A stretch of 35,929 nt of DNA from Bugula neritina. Its lineage: Eukaryota > Animalia > Bryozoa. Of this stretch, positions 25,016-35,929 are shown piece after piece. Both the position numbers and the translations under genes were made by a program. Position 1 is the stretch's first letter. Each line of letters starts with the position of its first letter. The stretch covers positions 1 through 35,929 of the forward strand of contig CAXIUT010000308.1 in NCBI GenBank assembly GCA_964035545.1. The letters are read 5' to 3'. Under the pieces are notes generated by a model. That model had not been told where the DNA came from and ran no database searches. It saw only the letters and a list, made by a program, of their open reading frames with translations.

Positions 25016-26277
25016 TCATAGAAATTCACTTAGCTCTGAATTTTTGGGAAGTCTGTAAACAGAACAGTTGATTTGCTTTTCAAACATCTTGAGTCTAGGT
25101 AGTTCAGATTACTGTTCTAAATCTATAAAATTGATAGCAATTCCTTTAGTTTCAAACCTTCCAGCTCGTCCTATCCTATGCAAATAATCTTCTTTTTCCA
25201 CAGGCAAGTCAAAGTTAATAATAAGATTCACTTTCTCAATATCCATTCCTCTTCCAAAAAGATTAGTAGCAACCAAAACTTTCGATCCATTGTCTCTAAA
25301 CCTCGCATAATTTTAAAGTCTTTCCACTTGAGTAAGATCAGAATGAATGCAAATAGGATTGAATAGAATGCTTCTTAGGAGTTGACTGAGCTGAATAGTT
25401 CTGTCAATAGTACTAACAAAAATGATAGCCTGGTTAAAAGGAATATTATCCAGAATATAAGATAAAAACTAGAATTTGTTTCTTTCAGGAACCAATTCGT
25501 AAAATTGACTAATAGCACTCAAATCGATATTTCCATCATTAGTCTGAATAAAGTCATATTCATGCACAAAAGATTTATAGGCACTCTGCATATCATCATC
25601 AATAGTAGCACTCACCAATATATGTTGAACATTTCGAGGTAGACCCCTTTGAAGCTCAAATATTTACAAATACTCAAGCATCGCATCACACTCATCAATT
25701 ACAAAGAATTTTAGCTATATTATTAATCAATTACATTTGAAAAGTTAATACATTTACGATAGTAAAGATCCAGCAAGCGTCCAGGAGTACCCACTATGAT
25801 ATGCGGAGCTTTGTTTTTATTTTGAAGTTAGTCCATATCTTTGTCAATTGGAAGTCCACCAACATAGCATCCGCAGCGAATCTGAGGCCAGTTGAAATAT
25901 CCACTGAATTTCTAAAACTATTTGTATATCTGAAAAGCCAGTTAGCGAGTATGAGCGACTACCATGCACTGATGAGGTAAATATTCTTTGTTGGACTATG
26001 GCGCCATCATGTTCAAAATGCCTATCATAAAAATAGCTGTTTTTCCTGATCCAGACTTAGCCTGACACATTATGTTCCTTCCCAGCGATATTTTAGGAAT
26101 AACTTTTGATTGTATTTCACTTGGAAAAGAAAAGCCAAAATCATTGACAGCAGATAGTAGTTCATTCTTAAGAAAAAGATCTTTCCATGAAGCGTTAGTA
26201 GTCGAAGAAGGAAGAGAGTTAGCTGGTATGTTTTTAGACTTAGAACTTGAAGCTTTTCGAGTATGAGAACCTTTCAT
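25016..26277 (-). CDS. UAP56: DECD-box RNA helicase, UAP56/DDX39/Sub2-like, 413 aa; intron 25715-25734
   Basis: Q motif PSEIQ, AKSGSGKT, HTR[TAA]LAFQI, GTPGR, DECD, SAT, VATNLFGRGMDIEKVN, YLHRIGRAGRF. Confidence 0.88.
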
Positions 26278-26359
26278 GCTTAAGTATAATTGCAATTATT
26301 ATAATATCAAAAAAGTCAATTCAATATATAGTTCTTGATTAAAAATGTAAAAAAAGAAA

Positions 26360-27378
26360 TCATTGACAATCTTCTTCTTCAATAACTTTTAAGAACCGAT
26401 CGCTGAACCAATTAAATTCATCAATCAATTTTCTGTATTTCCCTTTTAAATACTCTAATTCTTTTATTTTATCTTCTTTTTGATTATTTATCATACTCAT
26501 ACTCATCTTTTTATTTGATGAACTTGATTTCATCTTCTTGTCTCTATTTAAAATAAAAGTCTTCCTTTTTTACCTTCCCTACTCTTTCTCCATAAATCTA
26601 CTTCGAGAGGAATCGCTTTACATCTTGATAAGTTATTCGGATTTTATTATTTATTTTTTTGAAGGTTGATGCTTTACAGGCACATATTGCTCTACTTTAG
26701 TATTTTTACCAGATTTTTATAGAGAAAAATATTTACGATTAACTTTCTTTTCTATCGATCTTTTTAAGATTTTACTTTTTTGACTATTATCTTTCGTTTA
26801 CATTTTCGAGGATCTTTAAGACTTAAGAATTGAAGGACTGTCTTCAACGAAAATCAATATTTTATTAAAACCATAATTAATTAAAGCTCTTTTTTTTTGA
26901 ATTATTTTCTTACTGATTTATTACAATAACATTCTGCAACCGACTGCAATACTGCACTATATCTCCTCCAAACTCTTTCTCTTCAATTCTAGTTGCTTAT
27001 TTTAATCACAATTTTAATCTTATAACTAGAAATGAAGTTCTCCACTTTCCCTATTCTCTTATTTCTACTTTTTTTGTCTCAAATATTGACTCTTTTTAAA
27101 CTGAAGACTTAAAGCATTGGGTTTATATTGTATCATTTTAAACAATGCTTTCATTTTCATCTTATTGTACCTGTTTTCAAGATTGCTAGTAACTTTGCAT
27201 AGAGTGAAAGCTAGCTAATAATAAGTTGAGTGAAGTTGTGATAGTAATAGTATAGTTTAAAGATGAACGTGTTGTTCTTCTAGTTCCTCATTTCTAAATA
27301 AAGGAAAAAATACTAATAGGAAGCTTCTTAAACCTTATTAGTTGATAATTGTGTTTTCTTTCTATTTTTCATACTCAT
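26360..27378 (-). CDS. Uncharacterised basic protein, 332 aa; intron 27294-27313
   Basis: ATG 27378, 20-nt intron, open to TGA 26360; spliced 999 nt. Confidence 0.65.
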
Positions 27379-27450
27379 AATAATTATAGTCGTCCCATTA
27401 ATTACTAAATTTTGAACATAATCGAATAATTTCTATAGATATATTTTCTA

Positions 27451-28077
27451 ATGAAAAAAACATCAAAGAAATTAACTCTTAGCTCTCCATACAATAAAAT
27501 AAACTAACTACTTTGGCAAGTTAAACGATAAAATACAACTAAATAGAAATAAAACATACAACTTAAAACAAAAATAAAACAAATGATTCAACACCCACCA
27601 AAAGAAGAACCATCGTTAACACTTAAAATAGAATAACATTATAAAAAACTATTACAAAAAACTAAAACACAAGCTCTATGGCTCAAATAAACACACTCAA
27701 TGATTTAGTAAAGAAATTGCTAAGAACTTAGAAAAAATATCACTAAAATGGAAAATAAAATACATAAAACAACCAAAAAAGCATTAAAACTCGAATAAAA
27801 AATAAAGAAAATATATCTTAAATAACACTAATAACCATCAAATATCAATTAAAACAATTAAGAATAGTCTAACACACTAAACTAATTATAAAATGATAAA
27901 TAAAAATTGTAAAAACTTCTAACCCATAAAAAAGATCAAGCAAGTAAACTAGAATAAGGCAATAAAATATTCAACAGAGAACTAAGACAACTTCTTAGCG
28001 CCAAGCATGCTCTTCAAAAATAATTAAAAAATAACAGAAATTCAACTCCATCAGAAGTAATCGTCTCAATAGAGTGA
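27451..28077 (+). CDS. Coiled-coil protein, 208 aa
   Basis: ATG 27451 to TGA 28075-28077. Confidence 0.65.
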
Positions 28078-28114
28078 TTCATATTCAAAAATTATAAATA
28101 TAAACATTGTAAAA

Positions 28115-28549
28115 TCATCTTCTTCTGATAACATTGAATGTATCAAAAGATAACTAATTACAATTTTGTCTATACTTACGCCAAACACTTTTACGACCTC
28201 TGTTTTCTCCATAACTATAACAATCCATCACAATCTAGTCTAAATCACCTTCAAAAGGTTATTTACTAACATATCGTCGAGGAGAATACTATCGAGAAAG
28301 CTACAAAAATTTTTATCTTTTAAATTGACTCTGCTCTTATTCATTAGGGACATACATCTGCTTTTTCCTATCACCCGCTCCTATCTTCTTCAAAACATTG
28401 CTTATACGAACTGTTGGCAGCCTCTACCAAATTGCTGTTACTCCACCTCCTTTTTCTTTTTTGTCCTCACTCTTATCAAAAGACTCTCCTTTACTTGAAT
28501 AACTTTTCGATATTGCTGGCATTGAATAAGAACTTTTTCGTTTACTCAT
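28115..28549 (-). CDS. Small uncharacterised protein, 144 aa
   Basis: ATG 28549 to TGA 28115, 435 nt, filling the gap between neighbours. Confidence 0.55.
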
Positions 28550-28594
28550 GCTCTAAATAAATTTATAAAATCATAATTGCGAAAATATTATTTC

Positions 28595-29413
28595 TCACCT
28601 TCTCTTATCAGCTTCAATCATAAAGTGAATAAAAGCCTATCGGATAGCCTTCAAAGGCATTGGCTTCTATCTTACAACTCCTACGAAATCTGTTTTTAAT
28701 TTTCTAGTCTGCAATGCTGTCCAATTATTAGTAAGTTTCAGTTTGCCAAGACAGGTCTCATTACAAACTTATTGACAAATTTTGTCAATCTGATATAGAT
28801 AATCTTCTGATAGTTTTTCTTCCTCTTTTGTCGATACTGGGTCTTTGGATTTTTTAACCTCATAAAGCAAAGTATTAGCTATCTCTTACAAAGGAGTAGG
28901 TTCATCTTCTCTCCTTTCGAACAAAGGGACATCCCAGCGATCTTTATATCTCAAAATATACTTTTCAATTGAGGAGCTTCCATACTTTTTGACAATTCAG
29001 CCCATAGTTTTTCAGGAAAACTATTATTTTATGATCCTTTATTGAACTTTTCTGCAGCTTCAAAAGATGTATTACAATAAAGTACACAATAAGTTGCCTT
29101 CTGTTACCGAGCAATGCAATACATCTGATATCGATACCCCTTGATATAGTTCAAAGAATCTGCTATCACAACAGTATTTCCAATTAAATTCTTCTCTACC
29201 TCAAATTTTATTCTTCCTCTCGTGATTTTTTCTTATGTTGAGTCTTCTTATCATACATGTACCTTTGTAACCTTCAGCCTTAACTATCCCTAGTGATTCC
29301 TCATTGATTAGCACAACATTGCATTTGTGCTACTTAGCCAGATACTAACTCAATTTTTTGGCTCTTTATGTCTTTCCACTTCCTGGAATTCCACAAACAA
29401 CAACCAAAGGCAT
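28595..29413 (-). CDS. KTI12: KTI12 (Elongator-associated P-loop protein), 259 aa; introns 29244-29262 and 28942-28961
   Basis: MPLVVVCGIPGSGKT, DSLNYIKGYRYQMYC, and NRWDVPLF, the last restored only by the 20-nt intron. Confidence 0.92.
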
Positions 29414-29435
29414 AAAAGAAATAATAGTATTAATA

Positions 29436-30794
29436 TCATTCTTGCTAAGCTATCCAATCATCTACAAATGAAATAAATTAAATATTTCCACTCTATAAAG
29501 CCATCTGCATTAATTATGCCACTTTTAACTTGTGTTTCTTAAGTTATTCTTTGTAATAGATCTTTTGCTGACCAACTTTATCAACTGCCAGTTGGGTTGT
29601 TTCTATCTTTTCAAGATAATCTCGATTTATCGATTATAGCTAGCTCACTTTCATCTATGCCTTTTATAATTGATTCTGTAAGGTTCCAACTTCTTTTGTT
29701 AGCTGCTTGGCTTATCGATATTTAACTTCCTTTCTTTGCTGTTATAGTAAAACTTCATTGATTTTTCTTTGATCCTCTAACTCCTTCTTTGCTTTGGATA
29801 ATTATTTTTCTTTCATTTTTAATTTTTGTTAAGTCTAAAAGAGTTGTAGTTCAACTGATTCAGATATATTATTTTTTAGATGAGGAGGAGTGACTATTTG
29901 TCTATTTAAAATGACTGTATCGTTATCTTCTGAAACTAAATCAATATTTTTGTCTCTAGTTGGACTTTATTAAGCCTTTTTTTCACTCTATTAATAATAC
30001 TTATAAGTTTATTCCTCTTTTTTATTTTTTTTATCAAAAAAAGTCTAAAACTATTTTATTGTTTTCTTTGAATCATGGTAACGATTTTTGTGATTTAATT
30101 CTTCAGTTTATTTTGAAAACTTTTTTTTCAAAGCTGTATCCTTAGATTTCTTTCTTCTACTTTCTTATTTCTTTTTATAATCTTGTTTTTTTCTCATTTC
30201 TTACAAATAAATTTCCTCTTATTTCTTCTTTTTCTTATATTGATAAGTCAAATTCTAGCTACTTTAAGCTGATTGTTAACTACAATAAAGTTGTAAATAC
30301 TTTTAATCATACTTTCTTTCCAGAATAACATTAAATTGAATTTTACAAAACTGTTTCTTTTTCCCTTCCAACTATAATTCTAAGACAAATTCCTAACAAC
30401 CATGTTCTTTTGCATATTTAGCAATGTTTAGTTAAGTTTATCCCAATTATAATTCTACTTCATTGAGATCATTTAGAATTCTAGCCTATACTACCATCTA
30501 AATAAACGATAAATAACCTATTTTTCGTTAAATTAATTAGTATCTCTATCAAAGTAAAGTGTCATTGGGATGTTTTGACTTAATTTATCGCATGAAATAT
30601 GAGTTCTTTTTACTCCTGAAAGAAATTTCAATTAGTGGCTCCCTCTAATCTTTATCTAATGAATCATACCTGATAACTTTTACTTAGAATTGATGATCAC
30701 GAGTTATCCCACTCATGTCAGAATATTTCATCTTAAAAAGGGATAGAGTAAGACGATAACTCAGTTTTTATTTTCCTATTCGCAACAAAAACAT
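29436..30794 (-). CDS. NT-C2 (EEIG1/EHBP1-type) domain plus coiled-coil protein, about 437 aa; introns about 30645-30669 and 30498-30517
   Basis: MFLLRIGKEK..VKVIRG..MTLYFDRDT.EF.EK..LGETELNIAKYA pattern. The first intron boundary is uncertain (22 or 25 nt). Confidence 0.62.
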
Positions 30795-30956
30795 ATAACT
30801 ATTATCATCTCATCAATCAAAATATTCAACACCATTTTTTTTTTGAACGTTTTTGCTAAAGATTCATTTAATAGATATTTTTATTTGAAATAGTTATAAT
30901 TAGTCAATATTTTGAATAATAAGGTAATAAATTTTTATTAATAAAGATTTCATAAC

Positions 30957-31037
30957 GTTGGGGTTGGGGTGGGTTGGGGTTGGGGTTGGGGTTGGGGTTG
31001 GGGTTGGGTGGGGTTGGGGTTGGGGGGTTGGGGTTGG
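30957..31037 (+). repeat. Internal, imperfect (TTGGGG)n tract
   Basis: About 13 units including variants (TGGG, TTGGG, TGGGG, TTGGGGGG), about 160 bp beyond the ATG at 30794. Confidence 0.93.
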
Positions 31038-31772
31038 TGTTACGCACAAGAACAAAAAAGCTATAGTTACTATCGTCTCAGCATTGATTCTCATCGTTCA
31101 TCAGATCACTAAAACATTTCTGCTCAGAAATAACATCCTATCAGTTACCAATAAATAAAGACCAATCATAGAGATGATAAAAAGTAATAAAATATCAAAG
31201 AATTAAAAATAATTGATAACTATGACATCCCTCAAGTACTTGAAAATTGCCAAGCAATTGATAACTATAACCATTGTTTAAAAAAGCAAAGACTCAGAAA
31301 AAATAGTAATTAAGTAACACTCACAAATCAAATGAAATAAAACTCAAATATTCATAATCTAAGAAGACTTTTGCCAACAAAAATGATTTAATAGCCTTCT
31401 TTCACACCCAGAAAACACAAGAATCTAAAATAAAACTTTAACAATCAAATCAATCAAAAAATGGCTATTCTGAATCATAAAATAGCTAAAATAGAAGTCA
31501 TGACTCCCCAAAAGCCATCAACTCCTAGAAAAAACAATTATAGAGAAGAATAATTAGAGTACCCTATCTAGTTTTAAAAAGAAGAATCAATAACATAAAG
31601 AGGATATAGTCAAGTAACTGCTACTTCTGAAAAATAAAATTAACTCTTAAGTAGAATAAATTTAGGAAGACTCATTGAATAAGAATAAAATTAAAATTAA
31701 GTTTAGATTATCCAAGATCTCAGCTATAAACTTAGCACAAAACTAAGGTCAATTATCAGAAATTTTAGTTGA
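31038..31772 (+). CDS. 5'-truncated uncharacterised protein
   Basis: The frame is open directly from the telomere junction (YAQEQKSYSYYRLSIDSH...) to TGA 31770-31772, with no ATG for about 98 codons. Confidence 0.6.
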
Positions 31773-31814
31773 TGATCTTTTATATTTTATGTTTATTAAT
31801 AATTATTAAGTCAA

Positions 31815-32861
31815 TCATTCAATAATGGAACATGCCTCTTTGATTAGCTCCTTTAGACGATCTGGATTTAAATAAGTTCCAGTTTATGCTTTATTTCTCC
31901 ATTTCTTCAAACAACTTTGAGAATGACCCATATTTTTCAACCATTTCCAGAGCTATTTCAATGAACTAGGTTTATTTCCGACTATCTTCAAATGCATTGA
32001 ACGAATACTTTCAAGCAAATCTTCCACTTTTTTATTTTATCTATCCACTCCTGACTTAACATATTCACTTTAAAATTGGTTCAGTTTTTAGCAATTCATT
32101 GTATTTCTGTTTTAAGATTTATCTTATCGACTTCCTCTAAGACTTTCAATACGTTTAATTTCCTAAATATTTCCATTTGTTCTATTCATTAGTTTCCCAA
32201 CTGATCTTTTTGGTTGAACACGAGTCATAGACATTTCTTTCAGACTATCTTCTCTTCTATTTTAGATGAATTTTCTTTCTTAGTCTCTTCTTAACTGGTC
32301 ATATTTTCTCCTTTCCTGTTCTAAATTTCCCTTAGTAGCTGATAACTATTGCTCAAGCATTCTATTTTTCATCAATATTGTCTGAATTTATCCATTCATT
32401 TCATCAGTTACGTTCTCAAAATATCGCCTATCGGCCTATCTCGCTTGTTCTGATTTCATCAATTCTGCTTCTTGACATCTCATCTAAATTTTTAATGATT
32501 ATGCTGTTTCAGATAACTGATATAATTGTGCTTTAAGATTAGCGTTCTCTTCTCTTAACTAACTATTTACTTATTATTCTTCTCTTGCACCTCTTTAATC
32601 ATAAGGAGAAAATTAATCCTGAGTTAAGACTCGCTGAGGATTAAATGTACTGCATGAAGGAGAATATTGATGAAGACCTATCGACTTTTTATTTGAAGAT
32701 TGAAAAGGAGAAGATCTATGACTTGAATATTGATGTTTTTGCTTCAAATTTTGATATTTTTTCTTTAAATTCGGACTTTCTTGTCTGTTGAGATCAAGAA
32801 GATAACGATATTTGCCTTCTATAGGCTTTTTTTCTCTCTCAATGTCGAAATTTTCAATCAT
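31815..32861 (-). CDS. Coiled-coil protein, 348 aa
   Basis: ATG 32861 to TGA 31815; extends track ORF 32613-32861. Confidence 0.72.
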
Positions 32862-32905
32862 AATATTGATATTATAGCCGTTGAATAAATAATATTACGA
32901 TCAGT

Positions 32906-33919
32906 TCATTGTTATTTTCTATGTTCTTTTATATTTTCATAACCTTTAGCTTCTGAAGAATACTCAAGTTCCATTTTGGTTTATATAATTTCCATTTTGG
33001 TTTAGATAATTTCCATTTTATTTTACTCCTTGATATCATTTTTCTTCTCCAATTTTTACTTTTGTCTATTCGTAAGTGTTCTTGTTGAAAGGGTTTGACT
33101 CTCAGGAAGAACTGGCTAAATCACTTCTTTAGGACAGAACACAGTAAAATTACTCCAGTTAAAGTACCATCTATGATTAGCAGCACATTTATAATGAGCT
33201 TCTTTCTTACAAGACTATGAATGACATGCAAAAGATGCTCCCTTTTTATTACAATAAATACATTTCATGCTTTTTGTTTCCTCAATTCCCTTTTAAACAT
33301 TGCTCAACTTGGATGTTTAAGGTTGCAAAAATATATGACTTACCCAGAGCAAACACAATAAATGAGCATAAACTTTATCTTTGAAAGGACCATAAAATAA
33401 CCCAGATTCTCTTTTTCCCTGTTTTTCTTTACTTGTTAAACGACAAAAATGACATCTAACTACCTCTTAACCTCTGAATGGCTAATCTACAGGCGAATTC
33501 ATTTTAATAGCTTATTTAATTTTGTTGTCTTAAGCTGATTCTATTGATCCGTCACTGTCAAAGGCAACAGGAATTTATTCTTGTCTTTTACCTTTTTCTC
33601 TTAACTATCCTATTTTTATTACTTTTAAATCTATAGTAAATACATCCCTTTCTAACATATCTGCAACCAAAATAGCCCAATTCTTAGGACTAAAAACAGG
33701 AATTTCGACTTTATTAGCTCCATTGTAAAAATTATTAATCACTAGTCGAATACATTTCCTACTAGAAGCAACATAATTAAAACTTTGAACAATCTTTTTG
33801 CATACATAATCATAGTCAAATAATAGATCTGTTTCAGTTTATTAATCTAGAGGAAATTCTTCTTGTTCAAGTCCTTCTATTTTTATTTTTAGAGTTATTT
33901 TCTATTCTAATTTTTTCAT
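32906..33919 (-). CDS. Extended PHD finger (zf-HC5HC2H, PHF6/PHF7/PHF11-type) protein, 337 aa
   Basis: CHFC..AHLLCLLW..CIYCNKKGASFACHSESCKKEAHYKCA..FCPKE. Confidence 0.82.
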
Positions 33920-33963
33920 AGCGCCTAAATAATATCAATTGAAACAATTAGTAATATAAAATA

Positions 33964-35307
33964 TCAACAAGGAGGAGGATAGACGTATAAGTAATTCATC
34001 ATCTCCATGTATTGCTCATAAATGAAAGGATAGTTGGGTAACATATTCTAAGGGCAAGAATATGCATAAGGATTCATTTGAAGAGGAGATTCTAAAGGAA
34101 TTTTTTAGAACACTTGTTAAGGTTCATGTTGTTGAAGAATGAGTTCTTTTTCTATTGGTTCTTATTTTTTTAGAGATTCAGTGCACAAAGGACTTTCTAT
34201 TTTTTAATTGTTTTCATTGTTATATGTGAAAATCTGATAAGAATGGTGCTATTCAGAAACTTCTTTTTTGAATAAATGTTCTGTTTTAACTTAAGGCTCT
34301 TCCTAATTCATTCTTTATTCAGCAAGAGGTAATTCATGAGCACATTATTTTTCCATCTTTTTGAGTCTTCTTCTTTCAATGTTAGCCATTTGTTTTTTGA
34401 GAAGTTTGATGATTTTCTGAACCATCAGGTCTTCTCTTTATTTTTTGTTGTATTTTTGTTTGGTCATCAAAGAGTTAAACCTATTTTTTATCATATGCTA
34501 GGTCCTAGTATCGTTAAGAATAGGCACCAATTTACACCATCTTTTTCCAAATTATCCAACAAATTTAAAGATAGCTAGGTCTTCTTGATGAGTCCAAGCT
34601 CCCCTTTTTTTCTTATCATCAAGATGGTTGAGCCATCTTTCTCTGCAGTGTTTTGGAGATTTGAATAGAATGCAGTTAGTTTTTCTGAAGATGTAGTTGG
34701 AAACCTAGTTCCATTGGTTGATTTCAAAGGCCTTAATCGCTTCTAATAAGAGAGCATCTTCTTCCTAACTCCATAATATTTTAGATGATGATTTTTGTAA
34801 ATTGAGGTATTGGAAAAGTAAAAATTAAGGGTTTTTGTTGAAGAAAATAGGAGCATGATGAGTCCAAAACTAAAGATTCTAAATAAATAAAGGAAGTACC
34901 ATCTCCTAATTATTTATTTTTGCAAAATAATCTTTGAAAAGAGAGAACCAAATAAAAACTTTTTTCTCATTATCATACCAGTTCTAAAAGTCTTGAGAAA
35001 GCTCTTGGGTTGAATAATACCTAGGTAACAATAGAATGTACTTCTGATTAATGGTTTTGTACATGTTTCTAATAGTGTTACAATCCAAAGTTTCAATTTT
35101 AAAGGACGACACTATAAAAGCTTTAACTTGGCACGAGACTATGCTCTAGAAGTTTCCCTTCTCTTCTACAATGTCCACAAAGTCCAAAAATAGGTTTTTA
35201 CCTTCGCTCATGTAAAAAATATATGTTGAGTTTCTGTTTTCCTTTTGAATTCCACAGCTCTAATTTTCATCCGAGATTACAGTACAAAGGAAAAAATCTT
35301 TATTCAT
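33964..35307 (-). CDS. Two-repeat Myb DNA-binding protein, 447 aa
   Basis: WS[E]EEDALL..W..KSPKHCRERWLNHL..KGAWTHQED..GKRW..RT[E]HMIKNRF. Confidence 0.88.
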
Positions 35308-35839
35308 CAAATATCAAAGATATCGAGAAAACAAGCAGATGGTTAGTTTAATATTTAGGAATCTAACTCAAAAATAAAGGTCTTTTTTTTCTATTAATTT
35401 TAGTTTTTGCATTGATTTTACTTTCGTTCACTGAGAAGAATAATACAATACTACCTGAATTTAAATAAAATAATTTAAAAACTACTAAAACTACCTATTC
35501 TTGTTGATATCTATCATAACATAGTTATTTTTCTTTATAAATACCAAGAATATTCTTTTTGGATAATAAGAGAGTATAATTCGAAAAAAATCCTTTTTCC
35601 TTCTTTAAACATCAGAGCAAAAAAATAGAAGACTAAAGTTATTAACTTTCTTGAAAGAATTCGAGTCATAACTGTTTTTTTTATAAATAATACGTTATTT
35701 AAAAAGTTTATTTTAAATAGCATTATGATAAGTATTATAGTCATATACTAAACTTGATAAAGCAAAGAATTGATTAAATATCATATATTAAATGTAATTT
35801 TAGAACTTAATATTCATTCTAAACATTAATATTTGATTA

Positions 35840-35929
35840 TTGGGATTGGGGTTGGGGTTGGGGTTGGGGTTGGGGTTGGGGTTGGGGTTGGGGTTGGGGT
35901 TGGGGTTGGGGGTTGGGGTTGGGGTTGGG
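35840..35929 (+). repeat. Right telomere, (TTGGGG)n
   Basis: G4T2 array running to the end of the window, preceded by one TTGGGA variant. Confidence 0.96.

Noticed and set aside
25912-25944. UAR=Gln (table 6) or split UAA=Lys/UAG=Glu code
   Set aside because: TAA occupies the invariant Glu of PTRELA-type motif Ia and the Spo11 and EF-hand Glu positions; TAG likewise aligns to Glu.
21952-28077. Apparent C>G skew on the plus strand regardless of gene orientation
   Set aside because: Spot counts were inconsistent between genes and are confounded by TAA replacing GAA; needs a computed skew profile.
30900-31158. Track ORFs with (PT)n and (GV/GW)n repeats
   Set aside because: Translations of the second internal telomere tract.
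164-35307. Mass pseudogenisation suggested by abundant in-frame TAA/TAG
   Set aside because: Frames stay free of TGA for up to kilobases and catalytic motifs are intact; codon reassignment explains it.
35535-35744. 69-aa subtelomeric ORF
   Set aside because: Very AT-rich, no motif, composition like non-coding DNA.

Overview
AT-rich, extremely gene-dense macronuclear-type DNA from a ciliate, bounded by (CCCCAA)n at the left end and (TTGGGG)n at the right, with two more (TTGGGG)n tracts inside. The supplied standard-code ORF track is misleading. Conserved motifs in five unrelated proteins show that TAA and TAG both encode glutamate (not stop, not glutamine) and that TGA is the only stop. This matches NCBI table 30, described for peritrich ciliates. 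Read this way, the window holds 27 tightly packed genes or gene fragments: Tim44 (truncated), PNKP, SPO11, an EF-hand protein, a SPIRAL1/Jupiter-like peptide, FAM227, a DECD-box UAP56-like helicase, KTI12, an NT-C2 protein, an ePHD protein, a two-repeat Myb protein, and many coiled-coil or unknown proteins. Of the 15 GT-AG introns I could infer, 13 are exactly 20 nt. Both internal telomere tracts abut genes cut mid-frame, so the window looks like a complete 5.1-kb two-gene chromosome joined to two broken right-hand chromosome pieces (artefact or real fusion). All gene models were derived by hand; no database searches were run.
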